A stretch of DNA of 64,000 nucleotides from Ptychomitrium polyphyllum (lineage: Eukaryota), in contig OZ316776.1 of NCBI GenBank assembly GCA_973851085.1, forward strand, positions 7,564,001-7,628,000. Direction: 5' to 3'. A program made the translations under genes and the position numbers. Positions within the stretch are counted from its first letter, which is position 1. Every line of letters starts with the position of its first letter. Under the pieces are notes generated by a model, which had not been told where the DNA came from, ran no database searches, and saw only the letters and a list, made by a program, of their open reading frames with translations. Positions 1 to 12,328 of the stretch are shown here, one piece after another.

Positions 1-177
1 AAGGACTCAACTGAGATTGAATTCCTTCTAGACTTTCTCAAAGAGCTCAAATATAGCAAAAACAATTCATGTAAGACATCACTGCTTGTGAAACAAAGGA
101 ACTTCAAAACCCATACTGCCTAATTAAGATCGACTTTGCATACATCTAACCTCAATCATGTTTCCAGATCCTACAAT

Positions 178-2325
178 TTAGCTTCTTGAAGTACTCCCAA
201 CACTGGCATTGAGAGGTAACATCCAGATCTTGGGCAAGTAGACGGAGCTCATCCATAACACACCCTCTCGTTCCTCCGCGTAGCTCAAGAAACTGGCATT
301 CTTACCAGACCTGTCCTCAAACGCTTCGATAGCTTCTCCCTCCGGATTAAACTTGACCACCATGGCATCTGGAGGCCCTGTTGTGAGAGCTGAGATGTCA
401 TCAAACCTCAAGGGCAGGCTGTACAGAAGCCGAAGCAGGTACCAATTGTTTGCAAAAAAGTATTGTAGTCCTGTGAGGCGGCTGTGAAGAGCTACCCAGA
501 AGTCCCCTTCTCTCGTTCTCCTGATGTTGTCGGGGAACCCTGGCACTTCAGCAAACTCTTCTATGGTTCCTGCTTTGTGCCCTTTCAGCCACAGCTTACC
601 AATCCTGGTATTCATCACAATCGTCAGAACAACGGTAGTGATTAGTATATTGGTGGAGGCAATGTGGGAAAGATTGCTAGAAAAAATCTCTTAAGCCCCT
701 GTGCTTTGAACTCTCAAAAACTATGGGAATCTGGAAGTGCTGGAATGTGATTGCAATGTTCAGAAACATAAATAGGAGGAGAAAGAGCCACGTATGACAC
801 ATGTAGTTTCAGTTTCTTATCTCTCAAAGGAGTTTTATGAAAGACATACGATAGACAGAACAGTGGCAATGGTGGATGACCTCATGGCGAAATAGTGTAA
901 CGAATGTTTCAGTGAGCAAGTGCAAGGGTCACAAAGCAGGAAGTGAAGTAGGGTGATGTGTCAAAGGCATATACTGAACAGTGGCAAAAGAAATAATTTG
1001 GAGTTATTGGGAGCAATGACTAAAATGTAGTACCTGGATTTTGATGTATATGACAGAAGCAGAAATGAACTGTCTTGCGAAACAGCAACGCCGTTTGGGT
1101 AGAAAAGGTCTCTGGCAACGACCGTAGTCTGCTGGGTTTGTGGATCATATCTCAACACCCTGCCTGACCTGTCTTGCTCGAATGTGACCAGGTTGCACTG
1201 GCTGAGCCCGAACACCAATTCAATGATCAATCTTAAGAAACACAAACTTAATCAAACTTCTCTAAATTAACACATCCTCAAATTAAGAGTTGTGTGAAGT
1301 GGGGTCTTGTGGTCACCTTCGAGGACGGCGGGCACTGCTGTCGGTAAAGTAGACAGTCCCATTCTCATCAAGGTCCAAGTCATTGACAAACTTGAACGGC
1401 ACACTTTCAGCTTGAGTACTCACAGCCTTGGCAATGCCCCCGTGAGGCCCCATAACCACAAGGCCAAAGTAAGCATCAGCGATGTAGAGATTGCCATGCT
1501 TGTCAAACCGAAGCCCCAGTGGCCTTCCACAAACATGCTCATTCTGACTTGAAGGTGGACGCTTATCACATACCTCCGTTCTGCATACCAATCACATTTT
1601 ATGCCGCTTGACCATCACTTAATCAATCGTCCTTGCACCAAATTGGATGCTTACCCGAAAATTGATTGAAAGGTCAACACTTGCCTTGCAGACGAGGTCA
1701 CTACACCATCAAACATTGATCTTTCACACGAAACGATTCTTTAACCCGAAAACGCTTGCAAGCTTACAGAGGAGGTCACCACGAATGTATCCTCAACCAA
1801 AATGTTTGAAGAAAGGATTACCACTAGCCTTCCAGAAGAGGTCATCCCAAATTAATGGATCCTTAACCAAAAAACAATTGGAAGGTACACTTGCCTTAAA
1901 GAAGAGACCGCACCAAACTACTGGATGTTGGACCAAAAATTCATGAAAGAGGATGGTACTTGCCGTATAGGAGAGGTGACCCCAAATGTGAGCCATTGCC
2001 CTTGGTTGCCATCCCACCGAAGGATGCGCCCATCATCAACGCCGGTGTAGGGACCGCCTCCAGTGCCATCAAAAGCCAAGCTCTCAGGCCCACTGGCATC
2101 CTTCAAGGGGAGTATGTGGGCGTGCACCAGCTTGTTGTGAGGGTCACAAGGCCAGTCGTTCAAACCCAGCATTGGCCTGATATCTGAAGCATTCCAGTTG
2201 GACCAGTCGAAGTTGAGCCCTGCCAGGGGCCCTATCAGAGGCGGATCCCAGGCCAACATCAACACCAGCACGCCCAGTGTGGCAAACCCCACTGGCCTTG
2301 CAAGAGCCTCTCTCTGTGTTTTCAT
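178..2325 (-). CDS. Strictosidine synthase-like (SSL / six-bladed beta-propeller, APMAP-like) protein, 4 coding exons
   Basis: Exons 2325-1964, 1580-1317, 1201-1034 and 604-178 join in frame. Motifs GPESLAFD..GPYTGVDDGRILRW, CGRPLGLRFD..LYIADAYFGL, F.NDLD...G.VYFTDSS, NGVAVS.D and PGFPDNIR are typical of the SSL family. There is an N-terminal hydrophobic anchor. Confidence 0.93.
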
Positions 2326-5315
2326 TTCTGACTACTTTGGCTCTTTGAGATGAGACAAGAGTGAAGGGAAAATGGATGGTGGGGATTGGGGATTGAACTA
2401 AATTCTGCTATTTCCGATGTGCAAAAGACACAGTACCATGCAAGATGGGTGCAGAAGGGAAGGTGACCAGCATTCTGATTCATGGCATCTGCATGAGACT
2501 ATAACGTCATCATCTAGGTTAAACAAGTAGACAAAACTCGGTGTACTTCATTTTGTGATACAGACAGTTAACACCCCCTCTCGTTTTCCTCAGTGCAATT
2601 CAAACGATCTTAAATTCAAGTTGAAAGTTCTGTTGATTCTTTTGCAAGTACATGATCTAGAGATAGGCTGTGTGATTTTCATCACGGTGGGCTTGTGTTC
2701 AATCATATGTTAGTACATGGAAGATTATTTCTGATCAAAATTTCTCAAAGTAAATACAATGTAAACTAAAGAGTGACTGGATTAATAAGGCAAATGGTGC
2801 AAAGCTGTTCGAGCTTAAATCACTATTTTACACAATTTAATATTCATCTGGGTAGGATTGAGATTTGCAAAGTGCGTAACCCGGTTTTTCCTTCAAGAAT
2901 AGCTACTATAGCAAATAATATATCTTGGTAGTCGATAGAAAGCACATGTTGAGGGTAGATACAAGCTTATGGCAAGACGGAGGTTAGATTCAATGATATC
3001 AAAATAGAATACGTTGAAACATGAGGATGAGCGTGACTAATACCTCATTTCATATATGAAGGAACTTTTCTTTACCACTAGTAACAACTGTAAACTCAAA
3101 ACGAGGCATAAGTCAAACTTGAGATTCACTTCCGTTATATTCCATTCAGTCCTCCCCACATCATATGGCACAAGTACTCGCCCTTCTAACACAAAAAACA
3201 AAGTATATACTGTACTTCTGAAAAACTGTAAATAATTGTTATCCACCGCATTCAGCTGCATCAAGCACGTCAATGTTTCTCTTCCACAGCATTCTTTCCA
3301 AGAGTTTAAGCGTCGACTAGCTTGCAAGGACCACCAAGACTGATACATGAGTCACGGGAAATTGTCAAAAGTATCCTTGTCTACGAGTCATTTTTACGTG
3401 CAAATGCCTGTCAAAGAGACAAAAATTCGGTGAGCATTAAACAATTGAGCAATTCAAGGTTCCAAAATTTTAAAACGCCAACAAAAAGCACGAACATTTG
3501 TTTGCAAAATACATTATAGTCACAATCAACAACTAAACCGCATAACTCCAGCTTTAGCACCTTCCCAGAATACAAGACTGCATTCAGTAGACGATATAAG
3601 ACTAAGTCTTGTCGTCATTCCCAGCAAGCCCAGTTAGGCTTCTGCAACATACCCCTCGCAATCATATAAATACTGGAATACAAAGCGAAACTGTATACAA
3701 TCCTTTAGAAAGAAGCAAAATGTTAAAATCACCCGAGCCTAAAGTAGAGAATCGTATACAGTTTTGCAATGAACTCCAACATTCACACGCACAAGAACAG
3801 AGTCCAGATACGAACTACAAATGTCAGCTAGCTCTAGTAGTTGAACTCACTACCATAGACCCACAGATCCTATGAATTCCTGACTTGGAAACTGATGCGG
3901 TTGACAGAAGTTCAACGTTGGGTTAAATAAGTGGGGCAGTGGTGGACAAGATGGCGGAATCAGTGCTGCCATGGGGCCCCAGAAGGCAAGGCTCGGGCAA
4001 TGACCCAGTCTAGGCTCGTGGCGCGCTCTGCAGGTGACACTCGCATTTAGTGCGCTTGTCTGAGTTGGGGTGAATCTGGTTGGTGCTCGGCGCACATCAC
4101 GGCCCTGCTTGAATTAGCCTAAAAGATTCTCGTCAACTCCACTGTGACCTTCAATCTGAAACCGGATCAGCGGCAACTTGAGGGAGAATTAATTGTCCTC
4201 TAGAGGCAACGTCCCTCTCTCCAGAAATCAAATCAAATCAAATCTTTGATGAGTGGGTGCAGTGATATGGTGTGTGTACATCGCATGGTTCTATAGATCA
4301 TCCTAGCATGATTTACAGTACCGGTAATCATAATCAAAACCCAATGGTCTCGTAAAGAGCAGAGACCCAGTCTGCAGGGGATTTTTTGATTTGGATACGA
4401 ATACATCCTTTGAGGTTTCGGTCAAAAGTTCTAGAAGTGATGTTTTTGTTCAGCATAGGAAGATCCAGACACAGATCCAAAAGAACAGTACTGGTGTCAA
4501 TATGAAGCATGGAAGCATTCTGCGACGACCAAGGACAGTTATGATTCAAATCTCTAAATCATGGGAGTTCTTTCGCCAGAAGACCCTGCACCATGCACCA
4601 CTTCTACAGTGAGAATCTGGGCCATGTACTCTACTGTACACAATGTTAAGCAAAGTTTTGTACTTCAAGAAAAGGTGGAAAACTGTTCTGGAATACTGTT
4701 CTAGATCTGTTGATCATGGTGCAGAATCATCCAGCTAAAGAATGTTATGTATCCAAGAGGTAAACTTTTTACAAGGAGGATTTCTTGCCATGATTACTGC
4801 ATGACCAAGGCAGTTCTCATTAGCTGGTACAGTACAAAGGCATGCCTTGTACGTATCCCTTACAAAGCAGAGATGGACGTAATACAATGCAGGTGATAGA
4901 TACGAAACAGTATCCGGATTAGTAGTTTTTAATCCAGAAACGAATTCATTATCATCGTTGGCAAGATTCTTTGATAATCCGACGACAAAGATGCTTTCAC
5001 TACAACCGTTGCTAAAGAAGAAAAACGTCCTGAATCAGAAAACCATCTGACGGAAAGAAAAATGATGAAAACCTTGCAAGTGAAACCGTGTGAAATTTGC
5101 TTTTTCTAAGAGGCAGCTTGCCGCTTGCGAACAAAAGCATGTGCTGCAGGGCAATAAGTCGGATGTTGTGGGACCAATAAATGTGTCGGCGCATATGGAC
5201 TTCAATAAGAGCTCCTTGCAGTCATAATGGAAGCCCTCACAGCCTTACAGACCTCCACAATCACTGTGTTGGGGTTGGTCTGAGCCGACCATCTTGAGCC
5301 TGGGATCTGTAGAGG

Positions 5316-8300
5316 TTATCTTGCCTTTTATACTGCCCTGATCCTGCGTTAGAGTTTCGGCTGCAACAGACAACAAAACTATTATCAAATATCGGCAACA
5401 TGAGTTGCAGAAACGCCATTATAAAAGGTTTTATTAAGAACCGCTCTTCAAAGCCGTATAAAAGTAATGAGAGAGCAAATCGTCAAATCGGTAAGGTGAT
5501 CAACATCACACACTACAATCTCTCAACATCAGCATCCAATCCATAAAAGCAATATAAAATAGGACTGTGTCAAGAAGAGAGTCCAACTATGAACAACTAC
5601 CGGTACACAAAGTGCAAGACCTATCATCACATATAGAAAGTAAAGATTGCAGACCTGTTCTGTTGTCTGCTTCCATGATACCCAACCCCTCTTGAACTCT
5701 CATAGCCATTTGCATCTCCATTATCAGTTACACCAGAATTATTCCCAGGAGACGATTTCTTAGACCCCAACTCTGCTCCTGTGTTGTTGTTAATACCGTC
5801 CAACTTCCCTCCATTTGCAGGTCCAGATATCCCATCCCCAGCGTTATTCCTGGGAACAACGGACACAGAATTTTGCCGAGCGTTTCCTGCTTTAGAAAGC
5901 TGTAAAGAAATTGACAACTCTGTGTGAATGTTTGCTTCACCCTGCTGAGGTTGTGATCGGGAATCTCTGTTAGAAGCTTTCATGTTTCTTCCCCGCTGTA
6001 ATTGAGAAACTTGAGCCACAGGAGTAACTGCGACAGTAGGGAGGCGGTCTAAGCCTACTGGATTAGCAGCCGCAGCTGCCGCAGACGCTTTGGCAGCAGC
6101 CGTAGTAGCAGAAACATTGGCATGAGCTCCTTCTCTCAAATAGATGTAATCACCGTCAATAACAAAGAGCTGCATGATACAATTTTTAAGGACATCAACC
6201 AAATCAGATTCCTGAATGTGGGACACTACAATAAGCACCACCATCAAAGTGTCGAGAACCTTGCAATAGATGTACTTATTTTAGTTACAGGCCTTTACGG
6301 TCCAGGGTTGTCCAGACAATTCTTCACATAAAAGCTCTCGGCAATTCGTACCTCTTTATGTGAGCTCACAAACTCGTCAAGGCGACCATACTGCTTCCTG
6401 TAAGATTGCCAGTGAAGAGGAGCAAGCATTTTGCCAAGACGATTCGGCAGCTGTGAACAAAAGAAACCACCATCGGAGTTATTCTTTAATCTAAAACTGC
6501 TAAGGGCCCTAGCTAGCACTGCAAAGACTCTCCAATTACTCTAATTGAACGGTCTTCCGAAACATTCTTAACAAGTGCAATCGAGTAACCATCCAAATAT
6601 TAAGATGAGCCAAAATGCACACGACATACATTTGAAATAGCTCAACCAAGTCTGCAACACTCCCATAGCAAATGCTAGCATTCGACAAACCATATTTTTC
6701 AAAAGAGATTACAGAGGAAGACAATACTCACAGTTGATTTTATACTAATCTTTGCATTGGCTTCAGCAGGAACAGCACGTACTAGACAAGCAAGCAATGC
6801 TCTCTCATCCAGAAGAACAGGCTCAGGGTTTTTGATTGGCTCAGCAGCAGTCAGTTGTGGATTCACTATATTTGCCACAGAATGTCTTGGTTCTTGCCTA
6901 GCCAGATTGGATTTGATTGGTGACAGCTTCTTCTGAAGTTGGTTTTCTTCTGCCACTGGGGCTGCAGGCTGAGAGAGATGATGCATGGAGCTAGAAATAC
7001 CCTGCTGATGCTGCATTTGATGTGCTTCATCATGGTGCTGTACTGGTACCTGCTTGTGACTTTGAGGATGTTGATGTTGCTCTTGCCTCTGCAAGACGAG
7101 CTTGAATGAGAGGTAGGGAGCTTCAATATATGGAAGTACGAAGAAAATGCAGAAAAATCAATTGAGAATCAAGATGGCATGCATGAAGTGACACTTCACA
7201 GAAGCTCGTCACAATCATTAAACTCTATTTCCAAATGACTTCAGAAACTTCTAAGGAAGAGATAAAGTCCCACTCAATCAAGAATTATGTGTCTAGCAGG
7301 CCAAACGATAAGCAGAAAGAATACTAGTTGAGCTGAAGAAAAAGGAGCCACACTCAAGCATCACGGTAGAAGGATATAACAAAATATATAGTTCGTCATA
7401 CTAACTGAGTGTAGAAAAAGTCCAGCACGAATGCAGTTTTGAATGTGAAGTTATGTACACACCTGACGTTCAGGCTGGGCGGTAGACTGCCGATGATGCT
7501 GAATGGCGTGCTCGCCTTGCTGCTGGTCCTGGGAGGAGAGTGGCGATTTACGATCCTCACGTGAAGGCTGCACAGGCTCAGTCACTGTAGCTTCCTGTTG
7601 ACTTTCCTGTACAGAGGGTTGCATAGATGAAACAGAATCCTGAACTTTAGAAGACAACTGAGAGAGCAAAATTCCACCATGCTGCTGGCTTTCTTCACGG
7701 TCCAACACAAGTTGATGTGGTAGACTCGGTTGAATGCTATGCTTTTGCAAGGATGGAGAAGAAAGACTATGGTGTGGCACTTGGATTGGTTGTTGTTGCT
7801 GAGGATTCTGATGAAGCTGCGCATGCCCGATCTGCAAGAATACAAATGTCATACAGATAGTACTGCGGGAACATCTCTGCTAAAAACGAAACACCACTCA
7901 ACAAAGAACACTCTTGAAAACTGAAATTTCACGAGATCTACATCTACAAGTTTTTCGTGAGAGATATTTTGATATGTAACAGAAATACATTGGACTGATA
8001 GGGAACTCCCAGACTCCAGCTTGCATGCACTTGAATCCACAGATACAGTAAGAGCTTTAAATTTAATTATACCTGCCGAGATAGAAAACACTACCCTCAA
8101 GAAAAACATCTTCAAACATCTTCAAACATTCATATACAATAAATTCCAGCACACTGCAACATTATTCTAAATACAACAAAACGAACACGCATTACTTATA
8201 CAAGAAATCATAGGTAGAATGTCCGATGTTGACCTGTTGCTGAGCGGAAGGATGATGTGGCGTAGACAGCACATGAGGATGCATATGCACCTGTGGGAAG

Positions 8301-11300
8301 GAAGTATGGGGAACAGATGAAGCCTGAGATACAGCAGTTGAAGGCTGTTGCGGATAACTGAACTGCTGCATAACTGCTGTTCCGACAGAGGACATTATTG
8401 GGCTTACGGCAACCACAGCAGGCAACGGCACAACTGGGAGCCCAGGCATAACTGGGAACTCCCCCTATATTATCACCATTCAAAACACCAGGTCAGGTTA
8501 TGCATCCCAGGCATTTATATTGCAGTCTAAGTAATGCCAGGTACAATCCCATAACAGTATCTACATGTGAGACTGGAAAGCACTTTTTCTTAACCATCAA
8601 GAGTACATAAACTGGGAAGGTTACTTTTCAGTACGACTTCAAAATAAGGACGTAGACGTAGATCCAAAGTTATACACTAACCTTTGCAGAATTGTCTAGA
8701 GGAATGTACGCAGGTACGGTTGCCTCCATAGTTCCAGGTGAGAAAATGATTGGGTTGCCACGTACCACACCACTATTATTTGTTGGGGTAGCTTTAACTC
8801 CTGTCTCTTCACTTGCTTCACGCTGAATAACATCTATTTGATTGCCGGCATGGAACTGTCCTTCCTCTTTTGCTCCTAAACGTTCTGTACCAGGACCTTT
8901 TAACATTTGAGAATGTTCCCTGGCCTCATTGACCTCAGTTTGCAGCCGCTGCACCACCTGAGCATGAAATCTCTCTATGTCTGCAAGCTGGGAAATCACA
9001 AGGTTGACATTTAGCGAGACGAGGAATATGATATCTTGATACACGTAATTCAAACATGAATTAGTCCTAAGAGAAGAATTGAAACGAAAGAAAGAAAGAT
9101 AAGCTGAAAAAGAAACTCGTATACAGTGTGTGATCATCAATAAAGACATCTACCTGCCTCTGGTATCCCATCCAGACTTGATTCAACTGATCACTACGAT
9201 CACGAAGCTCAGCATGCAGGGTATTGTTTGCATTGATATGATAAGCATCAAGCTCCTGGGCTCTAGCCATCCAAGCCTGTGCATCTTGTAATTGACCATC
9301 TTTGAACAAGAGCAAGTCTTGTGAGGCCCGATGCTGCAATTGAGCATCAGTAGCCAGATTAAGAATTTATAAAACCAGGTAGAAGTACAGAAACCCAGAA
9401 GGGTGACATCATATTGAATATCCACAGAGCAAAAGAAACCTCAATGATGAACCTCAAGGAACCTCAATTAAAAATATAGATGCTAAGGAAGACCAAATTT
9501 AAATACCTGTTCCTCAGCTTCTTGCCTCTGTCGTTCTTTCTCATGCAACTGCTCCTTAATATGATCAATTTGCGCAGCATAATCTGATCTCTCGGCATCG
9601 AGTTGTGAAAGTGCTACTTTCTGGTCTGATAAAGCAGCATCGCGCTCTCGACTGCTTACATGAGACGAAAGATAAGATACGGAGTTTTATGAGACGTGCT
9701 CGTGAAAAATAATGGCATGAGAATCGAACAAGTACAAGAATTGAATTGTCATTCTCGCAAGTTACAAAGGACATAAAACAACGTACCGCAAAGAAGCAAG
9801 CTCATTAGTCTGCTGCTGTAGAAGGCCATCCTTTGCCCAGACCTGCTGGAGGACAATTGACAGTAAATCATTCCAGGTTTTGATACACCTACACTTACCA
9901 AATAATCGTTGTGCTTCTGGATTCTGGGCTATCAGGGTCAGAAAAACGAATTCATGACAGAAGCATGCGCAAATTTATAGAAATTAGAGGAAATGTCAAC
10001 TGCAGAATGTACGTCTGACAAGATACAATTTCTAGAATAAAAGAGTATGTGCCATGTTCTGGATCTAAGGAAAATGGACTCACTGCTTCGTTTGCCTGCA
10101 TTTGGTTTGATCTGTGTTGTTGCTCTCGTTCTTCCAAACTCTGCTCCAAATGATGTATTCTTTGGTCTCTTTCGTGAATCTCATTCTGTAATTTGTTACA
10201 TGAGAATCCAACGTTAAGCTTGAAAGTTTTAATCAGCAAAATTTTCCATGTTTCATACAAGGAAATTTCTGTTCGAGAAAACGAGTCAGACCCTGACTTT
10301 CAGTAATTAAGTTTTAGGTGCACTTTCAAGCAGCTGCAACAAATCAGGCTTATAAAGGAAGTACTCGATCAAGGAAATGAAACTCACAATGCACGTACAA
10401 CCCAACAGAGATTCTGATCTACCAAACGGTCAAATCCAATAGAATAAACATCCGAGGATTACACAGGACCATGCTAGACAAACCACGCAAGTCCATGACA
10501 ACGGAAGGCTCTACCATCTTACAATGACAGAATATGGTTTTGTTATAAGCCAAACATGAACCCAGGATTAGAACTAACGTTGTTAAAATAATACCTGAAG
10601 ACTTGTCACAATGTCTGCATGTTGTTTAGACTGCTCTTCATAACTATTCTGCATACGGTGCACCTCCGATCTCGCAATAAACTGCGCCCTTAGCTCTAAC
10701 TCTGCTTGCTGCAGTTGTTCTCTTTTCCTAGAAACCTCAAGAAGTTGCTGCTCAAAAGCATCCTCAGGGTTATTCATTACACCCAGTCCTGATTCCATCG
10801 ACATTGTGTTCATAGCAGCACGCTCATTTTGTCGCTGCCGATGCATCTGAAACGAACACATCATGCATCAAAGGACACGAAATAGCCAACCGATACAATC
10901 AGAAATGAGGATCATCATATTCTTGCGAGCAGGGATGCGCTTAAACCACTGACACAGCCAAACAAGTGCATTTCAAGAACGGAAATTCCTTTGAACTGGC
11001 AAGTAACACCAAGATGAGTTCACCGAACGTTTTTTTAAACACTTACAAAACCACCTAACCCCACCCCTAAAGTGCAGAAACAAACGGATCCGCCACCTTC
11101 CTTGACAACAAAAGCTGCTCCTTTAGATTATTTTCATTCCATGTAGATTGAAATATCACCCGAAAAGAGTATGTATACCTGTCCATTTGGAAGTTCATAC
11201 TACGAAATCTAAACTATGTAAAGTAAATCAAAATTGCATCTCCAGTTATGAAGGTGATTATAATCTACGGAGAGAAGGCAAACCACAACCTTCGAATTCT

Positions 11301-11811
11301 ATGGTCCAGAGTTCCAAAAATTGGGTAGCAATATACGGATTAATTTGAAAGATACAAAACAGGAAAAGTCAATCATTCAGAAATGACATATGTAAGGCAA
11401 TCATATTTGCTAACCTAGACACTTAATTATGCCAGTTTATGGAACAAAGCCACCAACCTCATCATATAGTGCATCTTGTTGTACAATATTCTGATTAATC
11501 ATTTCTTGCGAAGATATAGGACCACCCATCAAATGTCCTCCACTGCCGTCAGCAACATGGTGATCAGAATCACTCGAATGTTCACTACTGCCTGGATGAA
11601 ACATCCTTCCATTTTGGCTGTTACGCCTTTGCCCCATGTTACCTGATCGAGGCCGGCCCGATTGCTGCGTTCTTGATCGATTTTCAGGTCTATCCGTTCC
11701 TAGCCTACCCTGACCATTAGGCATCTCAGATACTTTCCTCCATTCCCTTCTTGCTGCCTGCCCTTGAAGTGGTAATGCTCCTGTGTTCCCACCAACGATA
11801 GGTGCCTCCAT
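5316..11811 (-). CDS. Uncharacterised conserved plant protein: N-terminal coiled coil, Q/H/P-rich low-complexity middle, conserved C-terminal domain (resembles Arabidopsis AT5G08440/AT5G23490-type proteins)
   Basis: 13 GT-AG exons keep frame: 11811-11458, 10846-10595, 10185-10084, 9842-9787, 9651-9507, 9333-9154, 8987-8682, 8464-8234, 7831-7463, 7088-6732, 6450-6352, 6169-5655, 5360-5316. The block LLDERALLACLVRAVP..ISIKSTLPNRLGKMLAPLHWQSYRKQYGRLDEFVSSHKELFVIDGDYIYLREGA was recognised from memory of plant homologues. Confidence 0.85.
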
Positions 11812-12280
11812 CGCCCAAGCTTCCGGGTCACCACCCGTTTTAGGTCTTCACAGGAACCTCGCGCATATTTAGAGCAAAGTTTGTAAAAGAGCCAAGCAAC
11901 AGCTACTTACACACAATTGACCTGCAATTTTCCAACAGCAACACAAATAAGAGCAGTTCCACCTCCATGACTCAAATACCGACTGTAGGTCTGCAGTTTC
12001 AGTAATTTGCAACCTGACGAATGCCAGCCGTCACTAATGCCAAAACATACGTGTACGCACAATCATCAACACACATTTGCTATTAAAAGACTGCGACGAA
12101 TTAACAAAGACGCACAGTCCTCCCAAAGATCAGAAACGCAAGCTCACATAGTAAAACCAACACCACATCAACACCCCTGTACCCTAAAACCAAGAATATC
12201 CCAATCTTGAGACACTGGGACCACTCAGGTCAACTCATTCAGCAGCATCCATTCACCTTCGGATTCTCGAATCACCAAAA

Positions 12281-12328
12281 CACTCAGTCGACAACCTCAC
12301 TCACTCAGTCGACAACCTCACTCACTCA
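12281..12328. repeat. 21-bp tandem duplication (cactcagtcgacaacctcact x2 plus a partial copy)
   Basis: Directly visible, in the probable 5' leader or leader intron of the coiled-coil gene. Confidence 0.9.
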
